Positions 50,615-60,060 of a stretch of 64,000 bases of DNA are shown here, in pieces; position 1 is the first letter of the stretch; every line of letters starts with the position of its first letter. The DNA is taken from the NCBI GenBank assembly GCA_052246995.1, contig JBQPWD010000006.1, forward strand, positions 90,970 through 154,969, in the 5' to 3' direction. Source of the DNA: Candidatus Bathyarchaeota archaeon (lineage in GTDB: Archaea > Thermoproteota > Bathyarchaeia > Hecatellales > Hecatellaceae). The notes beneath the pieces were generated by a model that made no database searches, was not told the origin of the DNA, and worked only from the letters and a program-made list of their open reading frames with translations. The position numbers were made by a program, and so were the translations under genes.

Positions 50615-51997
50615 TTAAGAAAAAGAGGTTTTAAAATCTTTACGGATACTGCCTCTGGCAAGTGATGCAAATATACCTATAAAACAGAGTACAGCAAAAA
50701 CTATGAAGGATGTTTTTACACTTACCATAAAGTTTGCATAATACTCAGGGGTTATTTGAACACGTCCTGTATACAACGCAAGTATTACTGTAACAATTCC
50801 CATGCTCAACATCTGCCCAGTTAAACGCATTGTTCCAAGTGTTGCAGACGCTACCCCGTAAAACCTTTTTTCAACAGAGCTCATAACCGCATTTGTATTT
50901 GGAGATGAGAAAAACGCGAAACCCGTACCGAGAAGGATTAGTGTGGCTATAATAAACTCTAAGGGTGTTCCCTCGCTTAGGAAGCTAAATATGAAAAGCC
51001 CGGTTGTAGTTACTGCCATCCCTGCTGAGGCTACTATTTGAGGTTCAACCTTATCTGAAAGTCTCCCTGCAAAAGGTGATAGGATGGCTTGTATAAGAGG
51101 TTGGGAGGTTAAAATTAAACCTGCTGTTTGAGGGGTAATGTTTTTTATAAACTGGAGGTAAAGGCTTAAAATAAAGCTTACAGCAAAGGTTGCACTGTAG
51201 TTTATTAAGGCTGCTAGGTTGGAAAATGTAAAACCAGGGTTGTCTTTGAATAGGCTTATGTTTAAAACAGAGTTTTCCACATGAAGCTCCCACTTGATAA
51301 ATGCTAAAACGCTCACAATACCTATGAGAATTAACCATATGCTCTCCACGGCTGGTAGGAGGGAAACCCCGTACATTAAAACCATAAGTCCCAACCCATA
51401 AACTATAGAGCCTACAAGGTCAAACTTCTCACCCTTCGCCTCAGCCCATTCACCCTCCAATCTCCAAACAAGCATAACTATTATCAAACCAAGCGGCACG
51501 TTAACAAGAAAAATACTTCTCCATCCAAACTGTTGAGTAAGAAAACCGCCAAAAAACGGGCCTAAGGATAGCCCTGTATATGTTGCGGCAACATTTACCC
51601 CTAAAGCTTTGCCTCTCTCATTTGCCGGGAAAACTGATGTTAAGATTGCAACTGCGGTACCAAAAATCATTGCAGCCCCAACTCCCTGTAAAAAACGGAG
51701 AATGATGAGTGTTGCTGGTGAGTTTGATGTTGCACAAAGAAGAGATAGAAAAGTATAAACTAGGGCACCATACTTAAAAACTGTTTTTCTACCGTGGATG
51801 TCTGCAACCTTTCCAAACGGAATTAGGAATACTGCGGCTGATAAAAGGTATGATGTTGAAACCCAGCTTAACAAAACAGCATCCATCTGGAATTCGTTTC
51901 CAATGGATGGAAGTGCAATGTTAATGGATGAACCCATAAATGGTATAATAAATGAGCCGATTGTTGTAATTAGAAGAACAAACCACTTTTTTTCCAT
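50615..51997 (-). CDS. MFS transporter (DHA2/EmrB-like, 14 TM)
   Basis: INIALPSI, GKVADIHGRK, RFLQGVG, WRSIFLVNVP. Confidence 0.92.
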   Translation of the reverse strand: MEKKWFVLLITTIGSFIIPFMGSSINIALPSIGNEFQMDAVLLSWVSTSYLLSAAVFLIPFGKVADIHGRKTVFKYGALVYTFLSLLCATSNSPATLIILRFLQGVGAAMIFGTAVAILTSVFPANERGKALGVNVAATYTGLSLGPFFGGFLTQQFGWRSIFLVNVPLGLIIVMLVWRLEGEWAEAKGEKFDLVGSIVYGLGLMVLMYGVSLLPAVESIWLILIGIVSVLAFIKWELHVENSVLNISLFKDNPGFTFSNLAALINYSATFAVSFILSLYLQFIKNITPQTAGLILTSQPLIQAILSPFAGRLSDKVEPQIVASAGMAVTTTGLFIFSFLSEGTPLEFIIATLILLGTGFAFFSSPNTNAVMSSVEKRFYGVASATLGTMRLTGQMLSMGIVTVILALYTGRVQITPEYYANFMVSVKTSFIVFAVLCFIGIFASLARGSIRKDFKTSFS

Positions 51998-52193
51998 GTT
52001 ACCAACTGTCCTGATAACTTATAAAGGTTAAAATCATAGTAAGCATCAAAGTTATTTAAATTATAGACTATTTTTAGCATCAACTGCCTCTAGGGTAGCG
52101 ATCCAACTAGTAATTAGTAGTAATTTAAAAAAAATGATATTTAACCAAACTATTTTGCAAAAAAAATAAAAAAGTTTGAGAAATGTTGAACGG

Positions 52194-53864
52194 TTAAATT
52201 GTATGTAGGTCTTCACAGTACTTTTTAATTGTTTCCGGCGAGGCAGGCTTTGTTAGCTTACACAGTATTATCCAAACTATAAACCCAACTGCAACCCAGT
52301 AGATTTGGTGAGGTGTATAAAGGTATGGCCATAATGCGCATATTGCATGGTGCCCAAGCACCATGTAGCTGTAAATCCATGAAGTCAGTGTAACACAGGT
52401 CATGATTATTGAGTAGATGATAAATGTTGTACGTCCACCTCTCTTCCACCAAATTCCAAGAATTAGCGGGGGGGCGCATACTGCAGACAGAACTAGGAAA
52501 GCTGCGCCTGAAAGGTCTAACAGCATTGCTGGTGGGCTAACGGCGATAGCAGCACATATAAACAGGAATATCATACCTATAACTCTGGTAAGTAAAACTT
52601 CTTTTCCTGGTGTAAGTGTTTTTCCAAATATATGTCTTGTCCAGTCTCTCGCTAAAACCACCCCAACAACCATAATCCATGCAGATATTGTTGACATACC
52701 AATTGCTATAATACCGGAAAGAGCTAACCCTAATATTAAACCGTTAAAGCCTGTTCCAGGCAGAGTGGATTCTGCGGTTGCTATTGTAGCATAGTCTGTA
52801 GCGAAACCTATACCGTAGGTTTTTGCAATTGCGCCTAACACGCTTCTAGCTGTATTGTATGCCGCCAACGTATCACCAGTTGCAGGTTTAACAATACCGT
52901 TAATTATGTAGGGGTGGAATGCTGCGATAAGTGGTGCTGAGAATAATCCGATAAGTATTAATGCAGTATAGAAAGCCCACACAAAGAATGGGGCCCAAAC
53001 CAGTGCACGTCTTGCAGTTCTGGCGTCAAACGCGGTATGTATCCTCACGACGGCGTATGGCATTGCAATAGCTCCAAAGAACCACACCCACCACCACCAC
53101 CATGCACCTAGAAAACCATTTATAGCTTGAAGTTCAGGCTTGTAGAAGGTTTTCATACATGTTTTAACAAACAGTACATTGTAAGCTGAGCTTAAAAATT
53201 CTTGTGGATGTGCATTCATTGCGTATTGCATTGCAGGTCCAGGTCCACCAAGCATCACCCATATTCCAATAACCAGCAACCACGCTCCAACAAGCATAAC
53301 GAAGTTTTGGAAGGCTTGAGTGATGCTTGTAGCCACCATACCACCTAACCAAAGATAAATAGCTACAACAATCAACCCAACAACTAACGCTAGAACGTAT
53401 GGTACATTGAGTAAAGCAACCATACCCAAACCTATACCAACAAGACACAATACAACATAGCAAAAACCACCAAAAACGTAACTTACAGTTAAGATTGCTC
53501 TAGCAAGCCTGTTACTGTCATACCTCCAAGCAAAATAGTCTGTTGTTGACACTGGAGCAGCCCTTCTTAATCCATGTGCAACTAAAGCCACTCCAAAAGG
53601 CATTGCAGCTGCAATACCAAGCAACGCCCAGCAAAATGGATAACCTAATAGGAAGATAAAAGCTGGTAATCCTAGAAAGCTTGCGATGCTAAGGTAACCA
53701 GCACAGTAAGCGGCACCGTTTATAAGTGCGCCTACATTTCTTCCAGCTACATAGTAGTCTTCAGCTGTTTTAATTCTAGCTCTCGACCATATTCCGATAT
53801 ATATACATATGGCAAAGTATACGATTACACAAATAGCTGCTATTATTCGCGGTTCTACTTCCAT
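52194..53864 (-). CDS. sodium:solute symporter, ActP-like carboxylate permease
   Basis: EDYYVAGR, NGAA..GYLSIASFLG, GGMVATS, MPYAVVR. Confidence 0.85.
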   Translation of the reverse strand: MEVEPRIIAAICVIVYFAICIYIGIWSRARIKTAEDYYVAGRNVGALINGAAYCAGYLSIASFLGLPAFIFLLGYPFCWALLGIAAAMPFGVALVAHGLRRAAPVSTTDYFAWRYDSNRLARAILTVSYVFGGFCYVVLCLVGIGLGMVALLNVPYVLALVVGLIVVAIYLWLGGMVATSITQAFQNFVMLVGAWLLVIGIWVMLGGPGPAMQYAMNAHPQEFLSSAYNVLFVKTCMKTFYKPELQAINGFLGAWWWWWVWFFGAIAMPYAVVRIHTAFDARTARRALVWAPFFVWAFYTALILIGLFSAPLIAAFHPYIINGIVKPATGDTLAAYNTARSVLGAIAKTYGIGFATDYATIATAESTLPGTGFNGLILGLALSGIIAIGMSTISAWIMVVGVVLARDWTRHIFGKTLTPGKEVLLTRVIGMIFLFICAAIAVSPPAMLLDLSGAAFLVLSAVCAPPLILGIWWKRGGRTTFIIYSIIMTCVTLTSWIYSYMVLGHHAICALWPYLYTPHQIYWVAVGFIVWIILCKLTKPASPETIKKYCEDLHTI

Positions 53865-53867
53865 TTT

Positions 53868-54155
53868 TTATCCCCCCTCCTTTTTTAAGGCAGCCTTCTT
53901 GGCTGCTTCTTCTGCTCTTGTGTAAATTCTGTCCAAGCTCATGCCTATAACAAGCACACCCCAAACAATCCCCCCAAAAACAGTCATAATTAGGAGACCA
54001 AAGTATCCGCCTAGAAGACTAAGCAGATTAGGGTTTGTCTGCTCAACAAGCAACCAAACTATGGGCCAAACAAACGTTGCTAATACGGCAAGGGCAACTG
54101 TTTTTACAGGTTTAAAATAAGTTTTTGTTTCTGTTTTTGTTTCTTTTACACTCAT
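53868..54155 (-). CDS. small two-TM partner of the SSS transporter (YjcH/DUF485-like position)
   Basis: Two hydrophobic helices; sits between the acyl-CoA ligase and the symporter with tight spacing. Confidence 0.7.
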   Translation of the reverse strand: MSVKETKTETKTYFKPVKTVALAVLATFVWPIVWLLVEQTNPNLLSLLGGYFGLLIMTVFGGIVWGVLVIGMSLDRIYTRAEEAAKKAALKKEGG

Positions 54156-55924
54156 CTACCTTTCACCTCCCTAAGTTCCGGGAAGTCTTCCCAAAAATAC
54201 TCGTTTTCAACCCTCTCTTTCCTCTCCTTTAACCTGTTTCTAAGCACATACCTCATAGTTTTTAAGCTGACAGTTTTTGGTAGCTCTGGCACAAACTCAA
54301 TCACCCTAGGAACCTTGTAGTACGGTAGATTTTTAATACAATGAGTGAATATTTCTTTAGCCAAATCTTTTGAAGGTTGATAACTAGGCTTCAACACTAT
54401 GAATGCATGTATAACATTCACATATCGTGGATGAGGCCTAGCCACAACACCAGTTTCCATCACAGCTGGATGTTCAAGCAACACTGATTCAACATCATAC
54501 GGACCTACTCTGTAATCAAAAATTTTCATTACATCGTCCGCTCTTCCTGTAATCCAGAAGTATCCATCATCATCAAAAAATGCACTATCACCCGTGAGAT
54601 AGTATTTTCCAACAAAAACCTCCCCCATCTTCTCAGGCATACCCCTATACTCCTTAAACAAGCCTGTAGCACGCCACTTATCCAGTCTCACCGCTATCTG
54701 ACCAACCCTACCAGGTTCCTTAACCTCATTAAGGTTTTCATCAACCAAAACAACATCATACATAGGGGTACCGGTAAATATTGAGCCGTACTTAATCTTC
54801 TTCAACCAAGCAGGATTACCCATCATAGCTGTTGACTCTGTCTGCCCATAAAAATCTCTAACCCTCAACCCAAACATTTTTTCCAAAGCTTGCGCCAACG
54901 GAGCTTCAAGAGGCTCACCTGCACTTACAATCTCCCTTAAGGCCTCAAACTTCAACCCTGACACATCCACCGTGACTATAGCTTTCCATGCACTAGGTGG
55001 GGCACACCATGTAGAAACACGATACTTAGCTATAGCCTCCAAGTATCTTCTAGCATAGTTTCTAAAGGGCCCTGGAATAAGAAATCCAGTAGTAGTTGCA
55101 CCAACATTAAACGGTGAGAAAAATGAACTCCATTCAAACTTAGCCCAGCCTGGTGCACTAAGATTTTGATGTATATCTCCAGGATGTACATTTATCATGT
55201 AGGCGGTGGAAAGATGACCCACGGGATAACTTAACATGGTGTGAATAACCTCTTTAGGTGGGCCAGTGGTCCCAGAAGTGAAGAAGTTAGCCATATAGGT
55301 ATTAAGCGATGTTATCGCTGGCTCAGCCTCATCCGGGTATTCTGATATTTGTTCGTATCCTACCCATCCAGGTTTTTCTCCCCCAACTATCACTTTAACT
55401 TTAGGCTCAATTTTCATGGTTTTTAACGTAGCATCAAACAATTCAGCTGAAGCCTTATCAGCAATCACCGCGGCGGGAGGAAACCTTTTAAACCTGTACT
55501 CAAGCTCCCGTCCAGTTAAAGTTGTAGCTGTGGGAACATACATAATTCCACCCTTAATAGCAGCCCATGTGGAAATCCAAGCTTCAGGGATTAGGGGAAC
55601 CATCCTGTAAAATCCATCGCCTACCCCTACCCCATATTCTCTTAGAAGATTTAGCAACCGATTTCCTTCAACTGCAAACTCTTTATACGTGAGCCTTTTT
55701 TCCTCCCAAGTTTCTAGGTTAGCCCAAATCAACGCAAGCTGGTTTCCTCTTTCTTTAACGTGAATATTTTCAAATACGTCAGATGCCCAGTTAAATGGTT
55801 GGGAGGGATCTAGCATTTTCAGCGTGTTAAAGAAGTGCTTCATAGCGGCAAATTTTCTCTCATCATCTGGAAGTGTTACCAGCTGCATAAAATCTTTGTA
55901 TAACTCGTCAATTTGAGGGGTCAA
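54152..55924 (-). CDS. AMP-forming short/medium-chain acyl-CoA synthetase
   Basis: FTSGTTGPPK, PGWAK, SAGEPL, FYGQTE, TGD, GRADD; probable TTG start at 55924 after GGTGGT. Confidence 0.9.
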   Translation of the reverse strand: MTPQIDELYKDFMQLVTLPDDERKFAAMKHFFNTLKMLDPSQPFNWASDVFENIHVKERGNQLALIWANLETWEEKRLTYKEFAVEGNRLLNLLREYGVGVGDGFYRMVPLIPEAWISTWAAIKGGIMYVPTATTLTGRELEYRFKRFPPAAVIADKASAELFDATLKTMKIEPKVKVIVGGEKPGWVGYEQISEYPDEAEPAITSLNTYMANFFTSGTTGPPKEVIHTMLSYPVGHLSTAYMINVHPGDIHQNLSAPGWAKFEWSSFFSPFNVGATTTGFLIPGPFRNYARRYLEAIAKYRVSTWCAPPSAWKAIVTVDVSGLKFEALREIVSAGEPLEAPLAQALEKMFGLRVRDFYGQTESTAMMGNPAWLKKIKYGSIFTGTPMYDVVLVDENLNEVKEPGRVGQIAVRLDKWRATGLFKEYRGMPEKMGEVFVGKYYLTGDSAFFDDDGYFWITGRADDVMKIFDYRVGPYDVESVLLEHPAVMETGVVARPHPRYVNVIHAFIVLKPSYQPSKDLAKEIFTHCIKNLPYYKVPRVIEFVPELPKTVSLKTMRYVLRNRLKERKERVENEYFWEDFPELREVKGR

Positions 55925-56452
55925 AGAAAAACCACCAAATATATATTTCACAATATAAGTATATATAATTTTTTTAAAAAAAAAATGCTTAAAACATCAT
56001 TTTTATTTAAAGTGGTTTCGACCAATAAACTTAAATCTTAGCATTTTTCCAGATTTTAAAACAACTGAAGCCCACTCTCTAACTAAATTTATCGCATGCA
56101 TATTGTACAATTAAAAAGTAAGGATGAACAGGCTAAACAAAAATGACATTCTGTACTTAGTCAGATTTTCAGAGAAGCGAAATTTCTATTTAAGCTGAGA
56201 AAATAGGTACCACATGAACTCGGTTCAACAGCTACTGGGAGACAACCCTGTAAAACGCTCTTTATCTTTCCATGCATGGTTACCACGTTCATTCCTTACC
56301 TGTAAAAGGATTTATAGTGGAATACCTTGGTATAATATGGTTTCATTTTTCCTTTATCATTTGTTTTTAAAAAACGAAATTTTTATTCGAAGTTTGTACA
56401 AATCTAGTGCTACTCAAGTAGCATAATATAACCCTATAGGCATGCTTGTAGA

Positions 56453-56496
56453 CCCCCACGCCGACAACCCGGGTTCAAATCCTGGCCGGAGCATCA
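56453..56496 (+). mobile_element. degenerate tRNA-Gly 3'-half (att-site scar)
   Basis: CCCCCAC-GCCGA-CAAC-CCGGG-TTCAAAT-CCTGG-CCGGAGC-A-TCA; no 5' half nearby; adjacent to an integrase remnant. Confidence 0.7.
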
Positions 56497-56546
56497 TGAT
56501 TCAAGTTTAGTTCTAAATTCTTCTCTAAACTCTTCTTTTTTAATGA

Positions 56547-56970
56547 GTGGGTAGTCTACGGGAAAGCTTGAAGTTCTACCACTATGACCGTATTTTACGG
56601 ATAGGTTTAGAAAGTATCAGACGGTCTACCAGCGTGTGTAGGGAAGATGAGACTGAAGTTCAAGGTTTTGCTCAGTATCTGTTGGCTAAAGGAGTTAGCA
56701 AGTACATTGACCATCTAGCCGTATTGTCAAGGATGGTTGGGAGAGGCTTCAAACAAAAGATGTTAAGCAGCTTGCGAGGCAAGTAAACGGGATGAATTAC
56801 AGTAAGCATACAAAACTGGACTTCAAAATAACTCGTAAGCGTTTCTACCAGTAACTTAGAGGCTACAGTGAAAACGAGTATCCCGGATAGGTTAAAAGAC
56901 TTGTTGAAGTTGCGAAAGACCCCTGGAGGTAGGCTTTAATTCTAACCCACCACTAGTCAGGCTGCCATAG
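56547..56970 (+). pseudogene. tyrosine integrase N-terminal remnant
   Basis: FAQYLLAKGVSK.., YSKHTKLDFKITRKRFYQ*LRG..EYP, VKRLVEVAKDP..ALILTHH*SGC (decayed box I); multiple stops and frameshifts. Confidence 0.72.
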
Positions 56971-57158
56971 GTATAGCAATTGGATAGCCATCAGTTTTAA
57001 ACGTACCAAAATCTTGGATTTTAAGACTGTAAAAAATTTTAGGTTTGATGATTTTATTGTTTTAAAATACTGGCTGGAAACATGGCATTAACAGAACATT
57101 TACCTCGCCAACTGAATATAGATAAATTTTTGCCCAACTTAATTGGATAAACCTCCAA

Positions 57159-58832
57159 TTATTTTGTAGTGTAGAAGTTCTTATAAGCTTCTCTCAGAGA
57201 AACTTTGCTGAACTTTCCAACACTCGTTTTAGGTATTTCGCTTACAAACACTATATCATCCGGAAGTTGCCATCTAGCGAACTTCTGTTTTAAGTGTTCA
57301 TACAATTCTTCCTTTGTTACCTTATCCTGGTATTCAGGTTTGGGTATAACCAAAGCTAATGGTCTCTCCCCCCACTTTTGATGGGGTACACCAATAACGC
57401 ATGCCTCAAAGACTTTGGGATGTCCCATTAACCAGTTCTCCATATCCACGCTACTTATCCACTCTCCACCACTCTTTATTACGTCCTTCACTCTGTCAAT
57501 TAACTTTACAAAACCATACTCATCCATTACACCAACATCTCCTGTTCTCCACCATCTATCCAACCATTCTCCAATGAATGATTCAGCAGTTCGGGGGTCA
57601 TTGTAATAACTGTTAACAACCCAAGGGCCGCTTACTACAATTTCTCCCATAGTTTTACCATCTTTAGGCACTTCTTTCCCTTGGAAATCTATTATCTTCA
57701 GTTTTATGAAAGGTGCGGGCATACCTTGTTTTGAGAGCTGGACTAACTTTCCTTCCTCGTCAAGTTTCCTCTCAAGTTCAGGCCAAAGTTCAGAGTATGT
57801 TACAATTGGACATGTTTCTGTGGCGCCATATACCTGGATTACCTTTACATTAAAGTCTTTCATTAAACCCTTAATAAGCTCCGGAGGTGGTGCAGTTGCA
57901 CCTGTAAGCACTTTCCTCAACTTAATCTTAGATTTCATTTCACCAGGCAATCTCACTAGATAATGATAAAGAGGATGCAATATTGGAACTGTAATTACAG
58001 CTGCTGTCACATTCTCGTTAATCATTATGTCAACAATTGGTTTTAAGTCAGCTATTGACCATAACCCTGGAAAAACTTGTTTTGCACCAACTTGGGTTTC
58101 CATGAGCACAGGGGGCGTACCTGCTGCGTGGAACATTGGTGTTAAATTTAAACAGCAGTCTTCACAAGACAACCCCCACTTCATTAATGCTATAAAGTTA
58201 TGAATAAGTTGGGACCGGTGAGAGTAGTAAACACCTTTAGGTCTGCCTGTTGTTCCAGTAGTATAGTATGCTGTACAAGCAGAGTTTTCATCTATCATGG
58301 GAAAGTTGTATTTATCGCTTTGTTCCCTAATTAACTTCTCATAGTTGTAAGTGCGGGATAACTTAGCTTCAGGTAATTCCTCCCTATCTGTCATGATAAC
58401 ATGGTTCTCAGCTTTTATAGCTGGAGCTATATTTTCAGCAAGTTGAATGAAGATTTCATCCAAGAAGACAGTTTTAACATTTGAATGATTCATAATGTAT
58501 ATTACATCAGTTGGATGAAGCCTAAAGTTTATAAGTACTGGTACAGCCCCAATTCCCGAAATACCATAAACGCACTCGAAGTATCGGTGTGTATTAACGC
58601 AAATAATTCCAACCCTATCTCCGGCTTGAACACCAAGCAACTCAAGGGCGTTTGCAAGCTTACAAACCCTCTTAAATGCTTCCGAGTAATTATACCTAAA
58701 CAAACTTCCGTCAAACCTTTTAGACACTATCTCCCGATCCGGGAAATTTCTTGCAGCATAGCTTAGTGTATCTATAAGGTTCAGCTGGTAATAATCCATC
58801 ATCGTAGAAGGAAAACCACGTATGATTCGCAA
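57159..58832 (-). CDS. long/medium-chain fatty-acid-CoA ligase (AlkK/FadD-like)
   Basis: YTTGTTGRPKGVYYSHR, PMFHA, YGATE, RTGD, DRVKDVIKSGGEWISS, PKTSVGK. Confidence 0.93.
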   Translation of the reverse strand: MRIIRGFPSTMMDYYQLNLIDTLSYAARNFPDREIVSKRFDGSLFRYNYSEAFKRVCKLANALELLGVQAGDRVGIICVNTHRYFECVYGISGIGAVPVLINFRLHPTDVIYIMNHSNVKTVFLDEIFIQLAENIAPAIKAENHVIMTDREELPEAKLSRTYNYEKLIREQSDKYNFPMIDENSACTAYYTTGTTGRPKGVYYSHRSQLIHNFIALMKWGLSCEDCCLNLTPMFHAAGTPPVLMETQVGAKQVFPGLWSIADLKPIVDIMINENVTAAVITVPILHPLYHYLVRLPGEMKSKIKLRKVLTGATAPPPELIKGLMKDFNVKVIQVYGATETCPIVTYSELWPELERKLDEEGKLVQLSKQGMPAPFIKLKIIDFQGKEVPKDGKTMGEIVVSGPWVVNSYYNDPRTAESFIGEWLDRWWRTGDVGVMDEYGFVKLIDRVKDVIKSGGEWISSVDMENWLMGHPKVFEACVIGVPHQKWGERPLALVIPKPEYQDKVTKEELYEHLKQKFARWQLPDDIVFVSEIPKTSVGKFSKVSLREAYKNFYTTK

Positions 58833-59037
58833 TTCTTATCTCCCCACCTAAAAATTTACCGTAGGAAGGGTTTTTACCTTGAAAAAAGGGTTAAGTAAAT
58901 TAGAGCATTAGAGCTACATAATATTATCGGATGCTTTTTAAAATGCTAGGAAAGAAAATAGATAAAAGAGTGTTTACTGCATTTTTGATGGCTTTTATCA
59001 TAGCGCTTGCAAGTTGTTCTATGATACATGAGGAAAA

Positions 59038-59304
59038 ATGGCTAAGGTTCTTGTCTTTCACTATACTGAGAAAGGGAGGCTTCCAAAGCTGGGCAAAAAG
59101 GAGCTGAACGACGTGCTGAAGAAGCTCTATGATGTTTTAAAGGACTACCCAGACGTGAGGTTCAACGGCACATACGTTGATGAGAAGGGCATGGGAATAT
59201 GTGACTGGGAAGCGCCAAGCGCGGATGTAGTTAAGGAAATAGTCAAAAAGGTCCTAGGGGCTGAGCCAGCAGACCCAGTCATTGTGGTAAAAAGGGTTCT
59301 TTAG
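59038..59304 (+). CDS. small ferredoxin-fold protein (DUF4242/GYD-like)
   Basis: GTYVDEKGMGICDWEAPSADVVKE. Confidence 0.7.
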   Translation: MAKVLVFHYTEKGRLPKLGKKELNDVLKKLYDVLKDYPDVRFNGTYVDEKGMGICDWEAPSADVVKEIVKKVLGAEPADPVIVVKRVL

Positions 59305-59450
59305 GTCATTTCAATGGACAAAATGAGTACTCGTAACCATCCTTTACCGCCTATTCCCAACTAAAATAAAGATTTCTCCCACAAAATCCTTTAAAACTCT
59401 TTTTATGGATTCTTGTTTTAAAGGTTGTGACGTGACACATATTACTATAT

Positions 59451-59478
59451 GTTACGACACAAAAGTTACGATACAAAA
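59451..59478. repeat. 14-bp tandem direct repeat
   Basis: GTTACGACACAAAA GTTACGATACAAAA. Confidence 0.8.
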
Positions 59479-59695
59479 CGCTTATACAGGCTTCTCGGCT
59501 CCTTGACACCGCTAACCTCCTCGGCTTTCCCCACCAGATAAAACTTTAAGAGCATTCCATAGACCCTGCCTAAACGAGCTTGCCAAACTTATAGGGAAAA
59601 AGACTTAAACTCTCCAAAACAACCCTTTAAATTTCTTTATCTTTATTAAGGAATGGCTGCCTCTCGATAATAAGTCCTATCAAAATTTTGAGGCT

Positions 59696-60050
59696 TCAAC
59701 CTTTAAGTAATGATTTTCTAGCCTCATCTGTTAGCTGTGAAGCTAATAGTTGAATGAACCTTCCAATATAACCTTTAGCTGTCCTCTTGAACTGGATCTC
59801 CTTCAATATATCCCTGATAAAGAAGACTTTTACCCCATACTTTTGAAACTCATCCTTGAGTTGAACCTCCGAATCCTCTTTATGTAATGCACCCAATATA
59901 AGCCACTTTTCATAGTTCCCACTACCCAGCTTCTTGGTTGCAGTTTCCTTGATGCAGTGGTTCAGAAGCTCACCAGTCCCCTCTTTAGTGGCCCCAATAA
60001 ATTTTTCATTTAGTCGGTGTGCGAAAGCTTTAAAAGTCTGTAAAAAGATT
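59696..60050 (-). pseudogene. 5'-truncated gene fragment (possibly nuclease-like)
   Basis: Frame stays open ~50 codons upstream of the track start (..NEKFIGATKEG..KKLGSGNYEKWLILGAL..) without a start codon. Confidence 0.5.
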
Positions 60051-60060
60051 TACATTACCG

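Noticed and set aside
55981-56048. AAAAATGCT...AGCATTTTT inverted repeat upstream of the acyl-CoA synthetase
   Set aside because: Low-complexity arms 50 nt apart in very AT-rich DNA; likely chance.
554-58766. Numerous short track ORFs antisense to or overlapping long genes (e.g. 554-923, 3606-4827, 14097-14978, 24270-24545, 44409-44828, 57415-58766)
   Set aside because: They are shadow frames of well-supported genes and have no recognisable motifs.
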